Assembly (NCBI RefSeq): GCF_052425735.1
Contig: NC_135765.1
Coordinates: 3,038,001 to 3,102,000 of the forward strand
Direction: 5' to 3'
DNA: 64,000 bases
Source of the DNA: Oculina patagonica
Lineage: Eukaryota
Below are positions 47,901 to 60,900 of the stretch, piece after piece; positions within the stretch are counted from its first letter, which is position 1, and each line of letters opens with the position of its first letter. The notes beneath the pieces are model-generated. The model worked only from the letters and a program-made list of their open reading frames with translations. It ran no database searches and had not been told where the DNA came from. The position numbers and the translations under genes are program-made.

Positions 47901-50900
47901 GAAAGAAAAATTCCGCGGGAAGGAAAGATTTCATTTCGCGTGTGCGGCGCACAAAATTTTACCTGAGAATCTTATCAAAAACTTCAGATTGCTTTTCTGA
48001 CAGATTACTATCGCTGCAGGGAGTTGGTGAAAATGTATTTCCGTAAACAGCGTAAACATGTGCAGTTGTTTGGGTTTTAAGTGATCTTCATTTTTCGCAC
48101 GTCAAAACTCTTCGTCAGTTGCTTTTGTCAAACATCGTCTTTGGACAACTCGTTTATAGCCAGTGAGTTTTGTGTCGTGTTTATTGAACGTGAGATAAAC
48201 TAAAGCTCAACAGTTTAATTCCTGAAGCAAGGTAGATTAAATTGTCCAAATAGGAACCAGGAAATATGGGAAAATAAAAATTAAACGGGCTATCAGAACT
48301 TAGCCTTAACTCGGTCTTTGTAATCTTGCTCAAATTTTCGGAGATCCTAGTTACGTTTTGATGTTTTGCTTTCAATGGGCTAAACTACTTTTAGGCATAA
48401 TTTGCCGTGAATATTTCATGACATAAACGAATCATATTTAGCTAACACATGTCTGTTTGTCTTATCCAATTTTCAGCCGCCGAAAATGAACTGGCGTAGA
48501 GGAAGAAAGACGTTTTCATCGAGGCCACCACTTCGAAAATGTCTGATCTTGTGTCGTCGTATTTTGGTGATATCATTGTTCGTTGGTTGCGGTTTAATGT
48601 TGAAAGCAGCAGCCGACGGCTTAGAATTGACAGACGGTAAGAATTTCAGCTCTTTTTGTCCACGTTTTAACAACAAAATTATTGGATTTTAATCTGTCTC
48701 GTGGTTTATCGGTCTTATGGTTTACAGTAAATGCCTAAGAAACTACGTAAGCAATAAAGACGCCGAAACAACGCGGCGCATTTCAATTCCTCCAGGTATA
48801 TTCGGCCAATTTTCATAAAATATTAAGTTTTGAGGTAAGCAATGTCTTCTCGAAATCTTCAGCATTCTTGCTTGGATTTGACAGAGTGTAAAGCCCCATA
48901 AATGCGAATTTTTAAACTTTACGTTTCGTTTAAAAATGATGTTTTAAAGTTTGCAGTGCTCAAACCGGAACCTTGCCAATTCACGGCGAACAAACAAGAA
49001 AAAATAACCACATCATCAGACTTATAATAAATATATTTTGCAAAACATTTCCCGGCGTAAGTAAATTTTCCAAAAAATAAAGCATTTATACCTTAGTGCA
49101 ATCAATAAACATCCTTCCTGAATCTGTTTAACTTTAATTTAGCGAAGATCTCGCCAAATTCAGTAAAAATAATTGTTACCACTGCCGAAAAAATAAATAT
49201 AAAAGTTTGACGGGAAAATCTGTTGTAAGTGGCAATTAGAGAAGTGAAGCACATCGCCACAATTTAATGTCAGAACGGTTTCCTGACAAAGAAGTAAGTA
49301 ATTGCCTATGGTAATTTACTCGCTTAAAGAAAGTACCGATTATATTACTATTACAAAATAGCTTCCAGATGTCTTGCCTCAAGAAAAAAATAGAAATAAA
49401 AAACAAAACAAAAAGCAGGCAATTTGTTTGTTTGTAAGTAGTTGGACAATGCGCACAAGCATAAAATTTGTTTCATTTGTAGTTGCACTGACAGACTCCT
49501 TCGCTTCTTCGCTCTTCTTCCGGCTTTGCGTCAAATACAAACTTAGGAAAACGTGCTTTAAAAACTTAAGAACAAAACAGACCACTAGCACCTTGAAAAC
49601 AATACGTAAGAAACGGGTCTTGTATGAACCAAGTTGTGTAATCAAATGTATAACATTTGCCATTAAAAACATTTCACTCTGTTTCCCTTTTCCCGCAGGA
49701 AAACGCAATTAGATGCCTTAATAATTCTTGCTTGCCTAGCTAGCTGACGTGTTTCGTTTTCATGTTTTAGAATGTCATCACAGTTAGAAACTTATTGTGA
49801 CCTGTATACTATTTTCGGCAAAAAATTTAAATTTGAATCGAGATTTTTATCATCATTAATTACACATAAGACACTATACAGGCATTAAAATATCCGAAAT
49901 AAAAATTGTGCCATAAAGATTTGCTTTGCTATACAGAATATAGCGATGTTCAACGCTCTGTATTGGCCTTAGTGTTCACTTTACAAAACAATTTATGCAT
50001 GGCTCTAAAATTTGATGGGACCCCATACCGCAGCCTAATCCCATTATTGTTCAAAGCCTTTTTCTCAGAAGACAAATTTTTTATATTCTATTTTGCTTCT
50101 GCTCTTGTACAAAAACAATCACTGGTAAGGTGTTAAGTACTGCCATTTCAAAGGACCTGTCACTTTATTACTAAAATGCAAATTTTATTATTTTTCGCAA
50201 GGGGTTCTATGTGTTGAAACGAGCACAAGAACAAAGCAAGTTTTGGTCGTCGACATAAACTGCTTTTCATTTTCACCCAAAGTAATTTCCTCCCATGAGT
50301 AATAAAGATGTCCAGATAAAGGGTTTAAAGGAAAAACAATTAAAGCGAACTATAATTATACAACAAATAAAAGAGTCCGAGAAAAATATTGTCTATTATT
50401 GGTTTTATAAACCAAGATTTTTTTTTGTTGTCTATGTGTTGCTATTTAATCAGAACCTTTTATGCAGGCTCAAACAGTAGTCAAAATATATTTTAACATT
50501 TAGGCGTTCCTAATTTTATGTCATCTGAAATGCAGATTTTTATTTACGAAACCCAACATTAATAATTAGATTTCGACAACTGCATCACCTGAACAAAACG
50601 ATTGTCCTCTAGTCTCAATTACCTCGGTCACAACGAAAAACAAATTAATTGGGCATTCCACACAATAGTGCAACAATCAAGCCTTTAAATGTCAATATTT
50701 GTTGAAGAGCAAACGTTGCATTTATCTTATCATTTTTCTTCAAGATTGCATCAATTGAAGCAAACTACGGTACGTCAATGTTTTTATTCGTTAAAAATAC
50801 CGCGTCGTTTTCCCGATAAGACTTTGTGAACCTCGATGCTGCTTTTGGTTTAACACCCACATAAAAGCCACGTTTATTAAATTTTGTGAATTGTTGTCAG

Positions 50901-51136
50901 CTATTGTATTCACTTGTTAGAAATCCTATTTACCGTTCTTAGGAAACTAAATAAATTTTTAATTATTTATGGGACAGGCGCAACGAACACCTCTTCTTGT
51001 TTTGGCGTTTAACTGCAAAGTAGTCTTTATTGCCAGAAGTGACAAAAAATTATATTTCAATTAATGAGTTACACAAGAACTAAATGAATTGCACGAGCTA
51101 GCCTGAACGGTTTTGCGTTCCCGAACCGCCTCTACG

Positions 51137-51636
51137 NNNNNNNNNNNNNNNNNNNNNNNNNNNNNNNNNNNNNNNNNNNNNNNNNNNNNNNNNNNNNNNN
51201 NNNNNNNNNNNNNNNNNNNNNNNNNNNNNNNNNNNNNNNNNNNNNNNNNNNNNNNNNNNNNNNNNNNNNNNNNNNNNNNNNNNNNNNNNNNNNNNNNNNN
51301 NNNNNNNNNNNNNNNNNNNNNNNNNNNNNNNNNNNNNNNNNNNNNNNNNNNNNNNNNNNNNNNNNNNNNNNNNNNNNNNNNNNNNNNNNNNNNNNNNNNN
51401 NNNNNNNNNNNNNNNNNNNNNNNNNNNNNNNNNNNNNNNNNNNNNNNNNNNNNNNNNNNNNNNNNNNNNNNNNNNNNNNNNNNNNNNNNNNNNNNNNNNN
51501 NNNNNNNNNNNNNNNNNNNNNNNNNNNNNNNNNNNNNNNNNNNNNNNNNNNNNNNNNNNNNNNNNNNNNNNNNNNNNNNNNNNNNNNNNNNNNNNNNNNN
51601 NNNNNNNNNNNNNNNNNNNNNNNNNNNNNNNNNNNN
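51137..51636. other. 500-N scaffold gap
   Basis: Run of N separating the two duplicated blocks. Confidence 1.
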
Positions 51637-51849
51637 CTGAATTTCAGGCAACCTTTTCTCCAGGTTACCTTCCTTGAAATGGCATTGCTCCAGATTTAAG
51701 GGAAAGCCCTGTGATAGGCAACCTCGTTCCCAGACCCTCTCGTCTTTTCCTCTCTTGTGAGGAGAAAAAGGAGAGAGGGGCGTGGGAACGAGGGTTTGGC
51801 ACTTTATCTTTCAAAGGACGCTCCGGTGCGCCATCCTATTTCTGTGCCT

Positions 51850-52878
51850 CTAAATTATTTTTTCGTCGAGCTGTTGACCTGTCCAAGAGACTCTGTGCTG
51901 CGCGTCGCATCTCGCATTGTTAACAGAAGTTGTAATCTGCCTTGTAGTGACGCTGTGCGCCTGCATCATTCTCCTGTTCACACTGATTCTCCTCAGTACG
52001 TCCTTGAAGGCGGCCCTGAAATTCCTGTTCAGACAGCTGTAGATAAGCGGGTTTAGTGCCGAGTTACCGTAGTGTAACCACTTGATCATGACCAAGACTT
52101 CGCTGGGAACCCTGCAAGTTTTACAGTAGGTGAATATCAACGTGACCACGAAAAATGGGCACCAGCACGCGACAAACGCACCAATCACAATGCTGAGTGT
52201 TCGGGCGGCCTTTATGTCACGATTAAAGTTCTCCGCTACACGCCGATGAGTTGTCGATTGGCCCGGATGCACTCGACGGATGCTTCGTGCGTGTGTTAAG
52301 GCCACGTGGAATATTCGAGAATAAGCGATAACCATAATTAGCAGAGGAACGAAGAACGAAGCTAAGGAGACAAATAACGGGTAACCTGGCCATTTTAGTG
52401 GATTTATAGCCGCTATCGTCACAGAATAAATCCAGATGAATGCAATTCCAATCGCGATCCGATTGCGTGTCACTATGATTGGATAACGAAGCGGATGATT
52501 GACAGCCAGGAAGCGGTCGATGCTAATGAACACGAGATTCATGATGGAAGCGGTTCCACAGACGATATCAAAACACAACCAAGCTTTGTAAAATGTTGGA
52601 AAATTTACCGCATCAGGCTTGCCTGTTAGATTAACGGATAGCCACACAGGCATGGAAATAGCACCAACTAGAATATCGCTCACTGCAAGACTGATTATAA
52701 AAGCACTGGTGAAACTTTGAAGTCGCTTCGACATCACACAAGCTAAGCACACCAAAGTGTTACCAAACACAGCGAAAATTATTACCACGACAAGGAAGAC
52801 ATTGGTGACAATGAAGGCAAGATTGCGATTGCTGTTGGTTACTTGACGGGAAGAATTTGTAGGAACTGATTCGTTCAT
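51850..52878 (-). CDS. Class A GPCR, aminergic-like, 342 aa (copy B; paralog or allele of 39573-40601)
   Basis: Same motifs; 9 aa differences from copy A. Confidence 0.93.
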   Translation of the reverse strand: MNESVPTNSSRQVTNSNRNLAFIVTNVFLVVVIIFAVFGNTLVCLACVMSKRLQSFTSAFIISLAVSDILVGAISMPVWLSVNLTGKPDAVNFPTFYKAWLCFDIVCGTASIMNLVFISIDRFLAVNHPLRYPIIVTRNRIAIGIAFIWIYSVTIAAINPLKWPGYPLFVSLASFFVPLLIMVIAYSRIFHVALTHARSIRRVHPGQSTTHRRVAENFNRDIKAARTLSIVIGAFVACWCPFFVVTLIFTYCKTCRVPSEVLVMIKWLHYGNSALNPLIYSCLNRNFRAAFKDVLRRISVNRRMMQAHSVTTRQITTSVNNARCDAQHRVSWTGQQLDEKII

Positions 52879-55800
52879 GTTTTGGCAGGCGGTTGGTGTA
52901 AAAATTGCTGTTAACCTTGGGTTTTGGCAAAACCGAAGCGTAGACGGGAAACTTTAATGAACTGCCGGATAGAAATAATTCAAGATCAGAACACACATAA
53001 TTAATAATTTACCTTAATAAAAGGTAAAGTATAGTCTAGACTAGCCTCGTGGCCCGTTACGCCGGAGCTTATCCCGGTTTTCATAGCATGAAGCGGCTAG
53101 GAATATTTCTACCCTCCCCCCTGGACCCATTTGACACCCTCTTTCTACTTCCCAAATCTCAACCGAAGGGAAGTCAAAAGAGGCTCTGTTCGCAGGGTGC
53201 CCATTTGAGAGTTAACTATCTTAAGTTGAAAAGTTGAAAATTTGGGTCTTTTTTCACCGTTTGGCCCCCAACGAAAGTCAATCGCACGCCTTTCATTTGC
53301 ATTTTAATTCCATTTTGACCGCCTTAAAACAGATTTTTTTTGCCACTTGTGTGCACTTGGGGAACACTTGTCAGCCTAACACAATCCACTATCCCGAGTC
53401 CCTGACCCAACATTTCCTAATATCGATTTTCCACTATTCCCGCGGAATCGTTTTTAGAAACATTACTTTGTGACAGAAATGAAATCGACGTCATTCCCTG
53501 GAGCTTTTTTCCTGCGAAATCCTCTCCATGGAAAATACGCGGATACGTGGTTTTCATTAGAAAATTAGTATTTGTTTCCTTACTCTGCTACGACTTACAC
53601 TATACCCTCTTCGCAGAAAAACCGGTGCCTGAAACCTCCCCCCTGATAATAAAGGGATTTAATTCTTCTAGGATGAACAGGGGAAATTCAGGTACTGGAC
53701 GCCTGTATATCAAGATCAAAACCCTTTCTGCCTGGAAAACTTAAAACGTGCTCGTACTTCCTGGCCTGAGAACACTTGCAGCCTTCATATCTTTTGACGT
53801 CTCAGGAGGAATCCACACAGTCAGCCCCGAGGATTTTATTAACCGAGAGAAACGCGGTACCAAAAATTTGGTAGTGCTTTGTTGTAAGTGTATGACAATC
53901 GATGTCTTTACTGAAGAAAGATCTGGTTCACTTTACAAGCTTGGGTTGCGCTTAAAGATCTGCTCGAAAAGAAAAAACATTTTGATCCCTTACCGTGTGT
54001 GTCCCAAACGGGCTACCTGATTGAAACTAATTATGCCTTCTTTTCGCTTAGTTGCAGTTTGTTTCAGTTTTCTGCAGTTTTCATTCTTTCTTACAGCGTA
54101 AAACAGCGCGCGATTTTTCTGCTAGAAAAGCAAAAAGAAACATTTTTAATCCACTTCCTAGTATACTATATTTGTCTCAAACGGGCTACCTGATTGAAAC
54201 GAATTATGCCTTCTTTTCACCTAGTTGCACTTTGTTTTTCTCCGGGTTTCATTATTTCTTACAGCGTAAAACAGCACGCGATTCTATCAGGGAGAACAAA
54301 CTTTCTTTGAGCTCATTGACTTTCTAAAACTGTGAATCAAAAATAAAAAGCTGACTTTCTTGAAAACGTCACTGATCATTTCCGCCGTAAAACGGAAAGC
54401 TATCGGCTGTTTTTCGCACTTACAAAGCAAAAAGGAACCGGTTGTATGTATTTTCTTCCATGTTTGATGTCTAAAACCAAAACCGCAGCCTTGTGATGCC
54501 TTCAATTGCTAGTATGAGGCATTATTTACAACAACAAGAGCATGTTTTGTTGTAATGTTAAAGAATTGAATTAAACTTACCTTGTGTGGGAGTGCCAGTG
54601 TTTCGTTTTAACTGAAAATAAAACTAGTAAAATATTCGACTTTCCCTAGTGCTTGCTGTTACTAATTACGTGACGTTTTGGCGAAAGGTTGTATAATATT
54701 CTCACCGATCAGATGCCGTCGTGGCTTTCTACGAAAGTTGTTCCTCCAAGCAAAACAAGCTGCGCTTTGCAGCCAAGGCGAACTGTAACAAGATATCAAA
54801 TGGACGCGAACTTTTAAAGTGACTTATTCTGAAATCGGATCCTGGGAATGCAAATACTTTAGGCACCTGCATTTTAATGTTTTAGCTTCAGAGTACGGTG
54901 AAGGACTTTAATTGCTGTTATCAGTCGCAAATCTATAAAAAAGTTCAAACATCTAAATAGCAAAGCTTTTGAGTAGTTATTATTTTTTTTTTCACGCCCA
55001 AATCTTTGCCGGTTTTTTCTTAACGTTTATCTGATAACAATGTAATCAAATCCTCTACAATCTATTTTTGTGGCAATTTCAAACGCTGTTTTCCAACAGG
55101 CGATAAAATCGTCACGTAAAGGCGAGGCGTAAGAACTCTGCGTATGAAAAAATTAAGGTCATTTCTTTTTTTCCTTTTAAATAATTACTTAGTTTAAAAG
55201 CGAGCAAAATAATAACAAAATCGATCAAGGGAAGGACCACGAACTCTTTTACCAATTGTCAAAGCGGTTCTTTTTTTTCAACTATGTGAAGTAACAAAAT
55301 TGTCTTTAGGAATAGAAACGCTGCCTAATGTGTTTGATTCGCTCCGTAAATACATTTTAGAGATAAAAGCCATTAAAGTGCCGAGGGGTTAAAAACTAAT
55401 AACGAATTTGAAGATTTTTTACATGAGACATTTTTTGTGTCAGAGAACATCCTTTGAAATGAAAAGTGAAAAAGCCATTCATTTCCGGGCGTGATTATTC
55501 AACAGACTAAAGCAAATAGCAAGGTGGAAATTAAAAGAAATTAAAAAAGCGGATTACTGTCAAATGTCAATAGAAAATTTCTTGTACAATTAATACTGCA
55601 GGATTATACATATTACAAGTTCTTAGTTCCGGTGAGGTTTACATGATTTTTCCAGTAAATGATGACACTATTTTTCTTTTTCTGTTTCTTAAAAAGAGGT
55701 CCCCTCCATAATATACGTTTGTGGCTATTTTTGCTGTGCATTTTCTTTGGTAATTGTTATTTTTAATCTTTTGTTGTTAATAATGGGTTGTATTTCTTAA

Positions 55801-56618
55801 AATAATATTTGAACATCAAACCTCAATTGAAAGTCTTATGAAGGAGGGAGGGCGAGGCACACTGATTCAGAGAAAAGTCTTCTGGCGGTAGGCAGCTCAT
55901 TTACCCCGACCAATTTGACACTAACTTGACGTTAAATGAAAATAATTCTTTAATTTAGACTTTACTGAGCAAGCATCCCTAGAGTCAATTTGTCAGTCTT
56001 AATACATGTTTATGTAGTGTAAGCAAGCAAAGTTTTACATTTTTGCCTAAGAAGGAAACCGCTTTCAAAACTTTGAACCAACTATCTCTTCAAATGTAGT
56101 CTCCCTGCTTTCGCATAAAAACAATTTTTGTCTGGTTACATCCTTTATAAATACATTTTCGCCTTGCCTGGCTCCGAACCACGCTAAAACTTTCCTTTCT
56201 CTGCTAATTAACTGCCCAGTGTGATCGTTCAACTGTCGTTGGCAATGACCTTTGCAATCATAATTTGCAGTGCAATCAGAAAATTTGTTTGTCCTCGAAA
56301 TTGCAGACTGAAGTCTGTTTGTTATTATTCTTTGCACCATTATGGCGCCAACTCGAGAGATAAAGAAATACATGTTTGCTATGTTTCACACAGGGTTATA
56401 CATTCCGCGATTCCAGTGTTCCTAGTTATCCTGCTGATTCCGAAATGTAAGACTTACACCATCCCCCTCCCATATTTAAGCTTATTTCATGTCCTTCGTG
56501 AGGAATTGTGTGTAGATGCTATTGTTCTAAGCGATTGCTTAGGGCCTTAGGGATATATTGTGCTGAAAACTTTCTCTTTTTAATCGCTCGATTATAGTTA
56601 GTTTGCTTCAGTTTGGAT

Positions 56619-57212
56619 TAGGGCTGTCCACAAGTTGCTCGGCAACTTTTTGGCAACTTTTCATATTTCGAGCAACTTTTTCCCCTTCGAGCAACTTTTT
56701 TCCTCTCGAGCAACTTGTTGCATTTTGAGCAATTTCCAGACCGAAGATCTCCTGAAGATTATCCGAGTTTCGTTCAAAGACTATACGAACGTTTCCGAAG
56801 ATTTACGAGGTTTGCCGAAGATTTTCGAGGAACATCTGAAGACCAACTTTCGGCTCATTCTTCATTAAAACATTACAAAACTCGTCAGCAAACATGACGT
56901 CATCCATATCTTCACGATTTTTTTCGAGCCGGTTAAAGAAATTAAGAAATCCTTGTTATTAAACAAATTTTCCCCTATATGTTATTTAGATACTTCTTTT
57001 GCTGTAAAATTGCATAAAACTGATTAGAAATGTGACCCTCAAAGAAAAATTAGCATATATTTAGATAATTTTTTTTTATTAGAAGCAGCGTTTTGTATTT
57101 TTTGGGGCAACTTTCGAGCAACTTTTTTTAATCAGAAGCAACTTTTTGGATTTTTGGAGCAACTTTTGAGCAACCTTTTTGAGAAATCTCAAGCAACTTG
57201 TGGAAAGCCCTA
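56619..57212. mobile_element. hAT-type MITE (copy B)
   Basis: Same TIR and GTTTGGAT TSD as 44341-44932. Confidence 0.85.
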
Positions 57213-57663
57213 GTTTGGATAGGGGGTGCACAAAGGCACTTTTATACTGTATAAATAGCGATTGACCAGAAATGCGCAATGATGAAGTTCTTCAGCTAGG
57301 GGATGACCAACGCTTTGCCGATTGGTCAATGTGCGATTGCTCTGGAACGCTCGCTCTAAGAATTTACAACTGATAAAAAAGGTAGGTTTATATGACATCT
57401 AACAAGTTTAAAAAAGTCCAAAGCCTGCTACACAGTGTTGTCGAGGTATACGTATATGATGTTAACATTAACTTTATGAGGCTTATTAAAAATTAGCAAT
57501 GTTATAATACAATTGCTGAGTTTTGATTGGTTAACAGACAGTGGTATACGAGCTCATATACCATGGGCAAGAAATATGGTAGGTTAACGCGTCAACGAGA
57601 ACAGTCGGGGAGCTCAAATATTAAAATTTTTGGGTGTTTTGCGCTTGTTGGATATGAGATAGT

Positions 57664-57943
57664 TAGAGCCGTTTTCACTTGAGTGTCGAAAGTAATTCGC
57701 GTTTGTTTTGGTTTTGCATTACTACGCTTCGTGATTGTTTTAAAAATCTCGCGCCACTTTCTCAGCCAATCAGAAGTAAAACCAAAACCAATCGTGACTC
57801 GCTCACGCACGTTTTCCCGCGCTTCGTGCCTACGACATGTATTTGCTTCGAGTTATGATTGGCTAACTGGTTGGTCTGTGTCTTTTATGATTGGTCAGAG
57901 TAATTACTTTGGTTTTGGTTTTACGCAATTGAAAACTGCTCTA
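57664..57943. mobile_element. TA-flanked MITE inserted in a small palindromic repeat
   Basis: TAGAGCCGTTTTCACTTG ... CAATTGAAAACTGCTCTA termini; splits host palindrome GTTGGATATGAGAT...ATCTCATATTCAAC. Confidence 0.8.
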
Positions 57944-60900
57944 TAGCCAACGAGACGCTACGCGCCTCGTTGGCTACCTTCCATCTCATATTCAACACGT
58001 GCTCATGGAATAAAGTTGCCTCGTTTTCATTTCTTAAGAGAGCGACATAGAGACCTGGGCATGAGAATGGTTGACAGTCCGCCCGGATCCATTTTTTTAT
58101 TCATCGGAAATTAATCATTTATTGGGGTATTTCGATTCTAAACGATTAGCTGACAATAAAAACAACACGTAAAAAATTACTCAAATCAACGGGAAGCAAA
58201 CAAATGAACTATGATAACAGGTACTTCACGTTTTGTTTACGTTCACCAGGCACTGAAAAAAATAGTGGCATTCTAAATTTCCGATTTAATGAGCAAAGAG
58301 TTATACTTCCTTGCCTATAAGATCAGTTTTTATAATTTCGATATGCAAATGTTTTGGTTTAACCTTTCATTTCAGTTAATATCAACAAGTGTCCCGCTGG
58401 TTGTTTGAAGTTAACTGATTCGGGAAAAAAATAAAATATTCAAGACCATCCAAGTTTTGTTTTGAACGTGTATTTTTAGAGTTGACTTCTCAATGACGCT
58501 TTACTTCAAATACACACAGAGGCAAATACGTCAAACGGAAAGAAAAAAACGAAAGCTACACTTATACCTTTTAAATTTATTTTTATAATTATGAATTTGG
58601 GGGCGTTTTTCCGCAATTTAAAAAATCAATAAAATCACATCTTGACGATAAAAAAAAAAATACTAAAAGCCTGATTTCATGCAACTTTTTCCAGAGTAAT
58701 TAATCATAATTCTCATAACATTTTGGTTTATTAAGTGGCTAGTAGCAAATTCGTTGGTTATATACAGCTGTTATTGACAAACTAGCGCGAATGTTATTTT
58801 GCGATGGAAATTTTGCGGTGATCTCACTCAGCGAGACAGGAAAACAACTTGCTATAGATTGATCGTGAAGCTCGGCAGTTTTCCATTTAAACAGACTCGA
58901 GGTAGGTACAAATTACCTTTATTTAAATTCAAATCTATAAAGACCTGCGCTTTATCTTTTTTATGAATAGAAAATCACAAAGTCAGGCAAACGAGGTTTT
59001 ATGGCGTGCGAGACATCTGAAAACCTGCGTATGAAATATATTAGGAATTGTATTCCTTTTTTGAGCAGATGGTTTCATCTGAAGTCTTTCCCTGGGAGAT
59101 CGTTAATTTCATTTTCAAGTAAAGCTTTGTATTTTAAATGACCAACAACTGGCCTTGTCGAAAACTTGGTCTACTATTTGACACTTTATGTTTGTGAAAT
59201 CTTGCACGCCTCGTAAAGTTTCCATAATGCATAAAATACACAAGCTCCTTTAGTTTACCACGGATTTTCACAACAACGCTTTTTGTGCGGAAGTCAGTAA
59301 AATCGGCAAATGGTACTGTCGAAAATTTCACCGGCTATTTTTTTATTTTCAAACGACGTGAATCTCGAATGATTTAGTTTAAAATCATTTGCAAGACTAA
59401 AGGTCCCTAAAACTAATAACAGTCTCGGTGATAAGTTGGTTGGAGGAAATATTTTTATTATGCGGCAAGAATTATTTTGATGTCGTGAGACCACAATCTC
59501 TCCTGCCGGTAATTTTCGTCAAGATTGGATGGAATATTGAAGGTGCGTGGTGCATATTTAAACAAAATTACATAATTTTGGAGGGTTTTTTTAATCGAAA
59601 TTTGAGGAAAATTTCTCTTTTTTAATCAGTTGCAACAAGAAAAAATATTATTTGCCGTTCACCGTTTTAAAAGGGCATTTAAAAATATTTGTCGACTGGA
59701 AACGGGCCTCTTAATACATGCGATCATATTTTTTCTTCTATAAACAATGTTTTGTTTTTCCAAGCTTCTTTCTGCCAAGCGGTAAATAATTCATAGCTTT
59801 TAGTTCTAGATTTTGATGTCTGCGAGGCCGATAGGCCCGAAGGAGCGAAAATCACTTGATTAGGGCGTTACCTTGGTTACGCTGACGTAATTGTGACGCA
59901 TCGGTGCTTTTGAATGGCGAAAGCCTTGATTCACATCCTACAACGGCTATGGGGGTGGACAGAATATCAAACGGTGATAGAGTATGAAAAAGAAGAGAAA
60001 AAATTGCATAACCTTATGCAGCCGTGGATAAGAGGTATTTTTCTATGCAGTTAACTGTCAGTTTGTAGCTCTTGTCGCTGCAAGGTGGTTGAAAACAATC
60101 TGGCGCTGTTTTTCTATCCCCTTGACATCTCGCCATACAAGCTTGATATTGAAATGAAGCATTGTCCACACTTCGCCTCCAACAAATGAAAATTGGACAT
60201 GCATTGAAATGTTCATTTATTCAAATCGTCAATTACAGTCATCGGAGGAAATTTCAATTACTTTGCGTTTCATTGTTTTTAAGTTTTCGATGCAGCTTTC
60301 ATGACTCTTCGAGCGGTGGCAGGAAAGAAAAATTCCGCGGGAAGGAAAGATTTCATTTCCCGTGTGCGGCGCACAAAATTTTACCTGAGAATCTTATCAA
60401 AAACTTCAGATTGCTTTTCTGACAGATTACTATCGCTGCAGGGAGTTGGTGAAAATGTATTTCCGTAAACAGCGTAAACATGTGCAGTTGTTTGGGTTTT
60501 AAGTGATCTTCATTTTTCGCACGTCAAAACTCTTCGCCAGTTGCTTTTGTCAAACATCGTCTTTGGACAACTCGTTTATAGCCAGTGAGTTTTGCGTCGT
60601 GTTTATTGAACGTGAGATAAACTAAAGCTCAACAGTTTAATTCCTGAAGCAAGGTAGATTAAATTGTCCAAATAGGAACCAGGAAATAGGGAAAATAAAA
60701 ATTAAACGGGCTATCAGAACTTAACCTTAACTCGGTCTTTGTAATCTTGCTCAAATTTTCGGAGATCTTAGTTACGTTTTGATGTTTTGCTTTCAATGGG
60801 CTAAACTACTTTTAGGCATAATTTGCCGTGAATATTTCATGACATAAACGAATCATATTTAGCTAACACATGTCTGTTTGTCTTATCCAATTTTCAGCCG

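Larger units (their letters stand above)
39359..51136. repeat. Segmental duplication copy A (~11.8 kb)
   Basis: Colinear with 51638-63552 throughout; preceded by homopolymer-rich sequence (39190-39340) and ends at the N-gap. Confidence 0.95.

Noticed and set aside
41271-50480. Short ORFs preserved in both duplicated blocks
   Set aside because: Preservation is expected at ~99% identity; they have non-ATG or weak starts and no protein-like features.
51061-51651. Long ORFs spanning the gap
   Set aside because: Artefacts of translating Ns.
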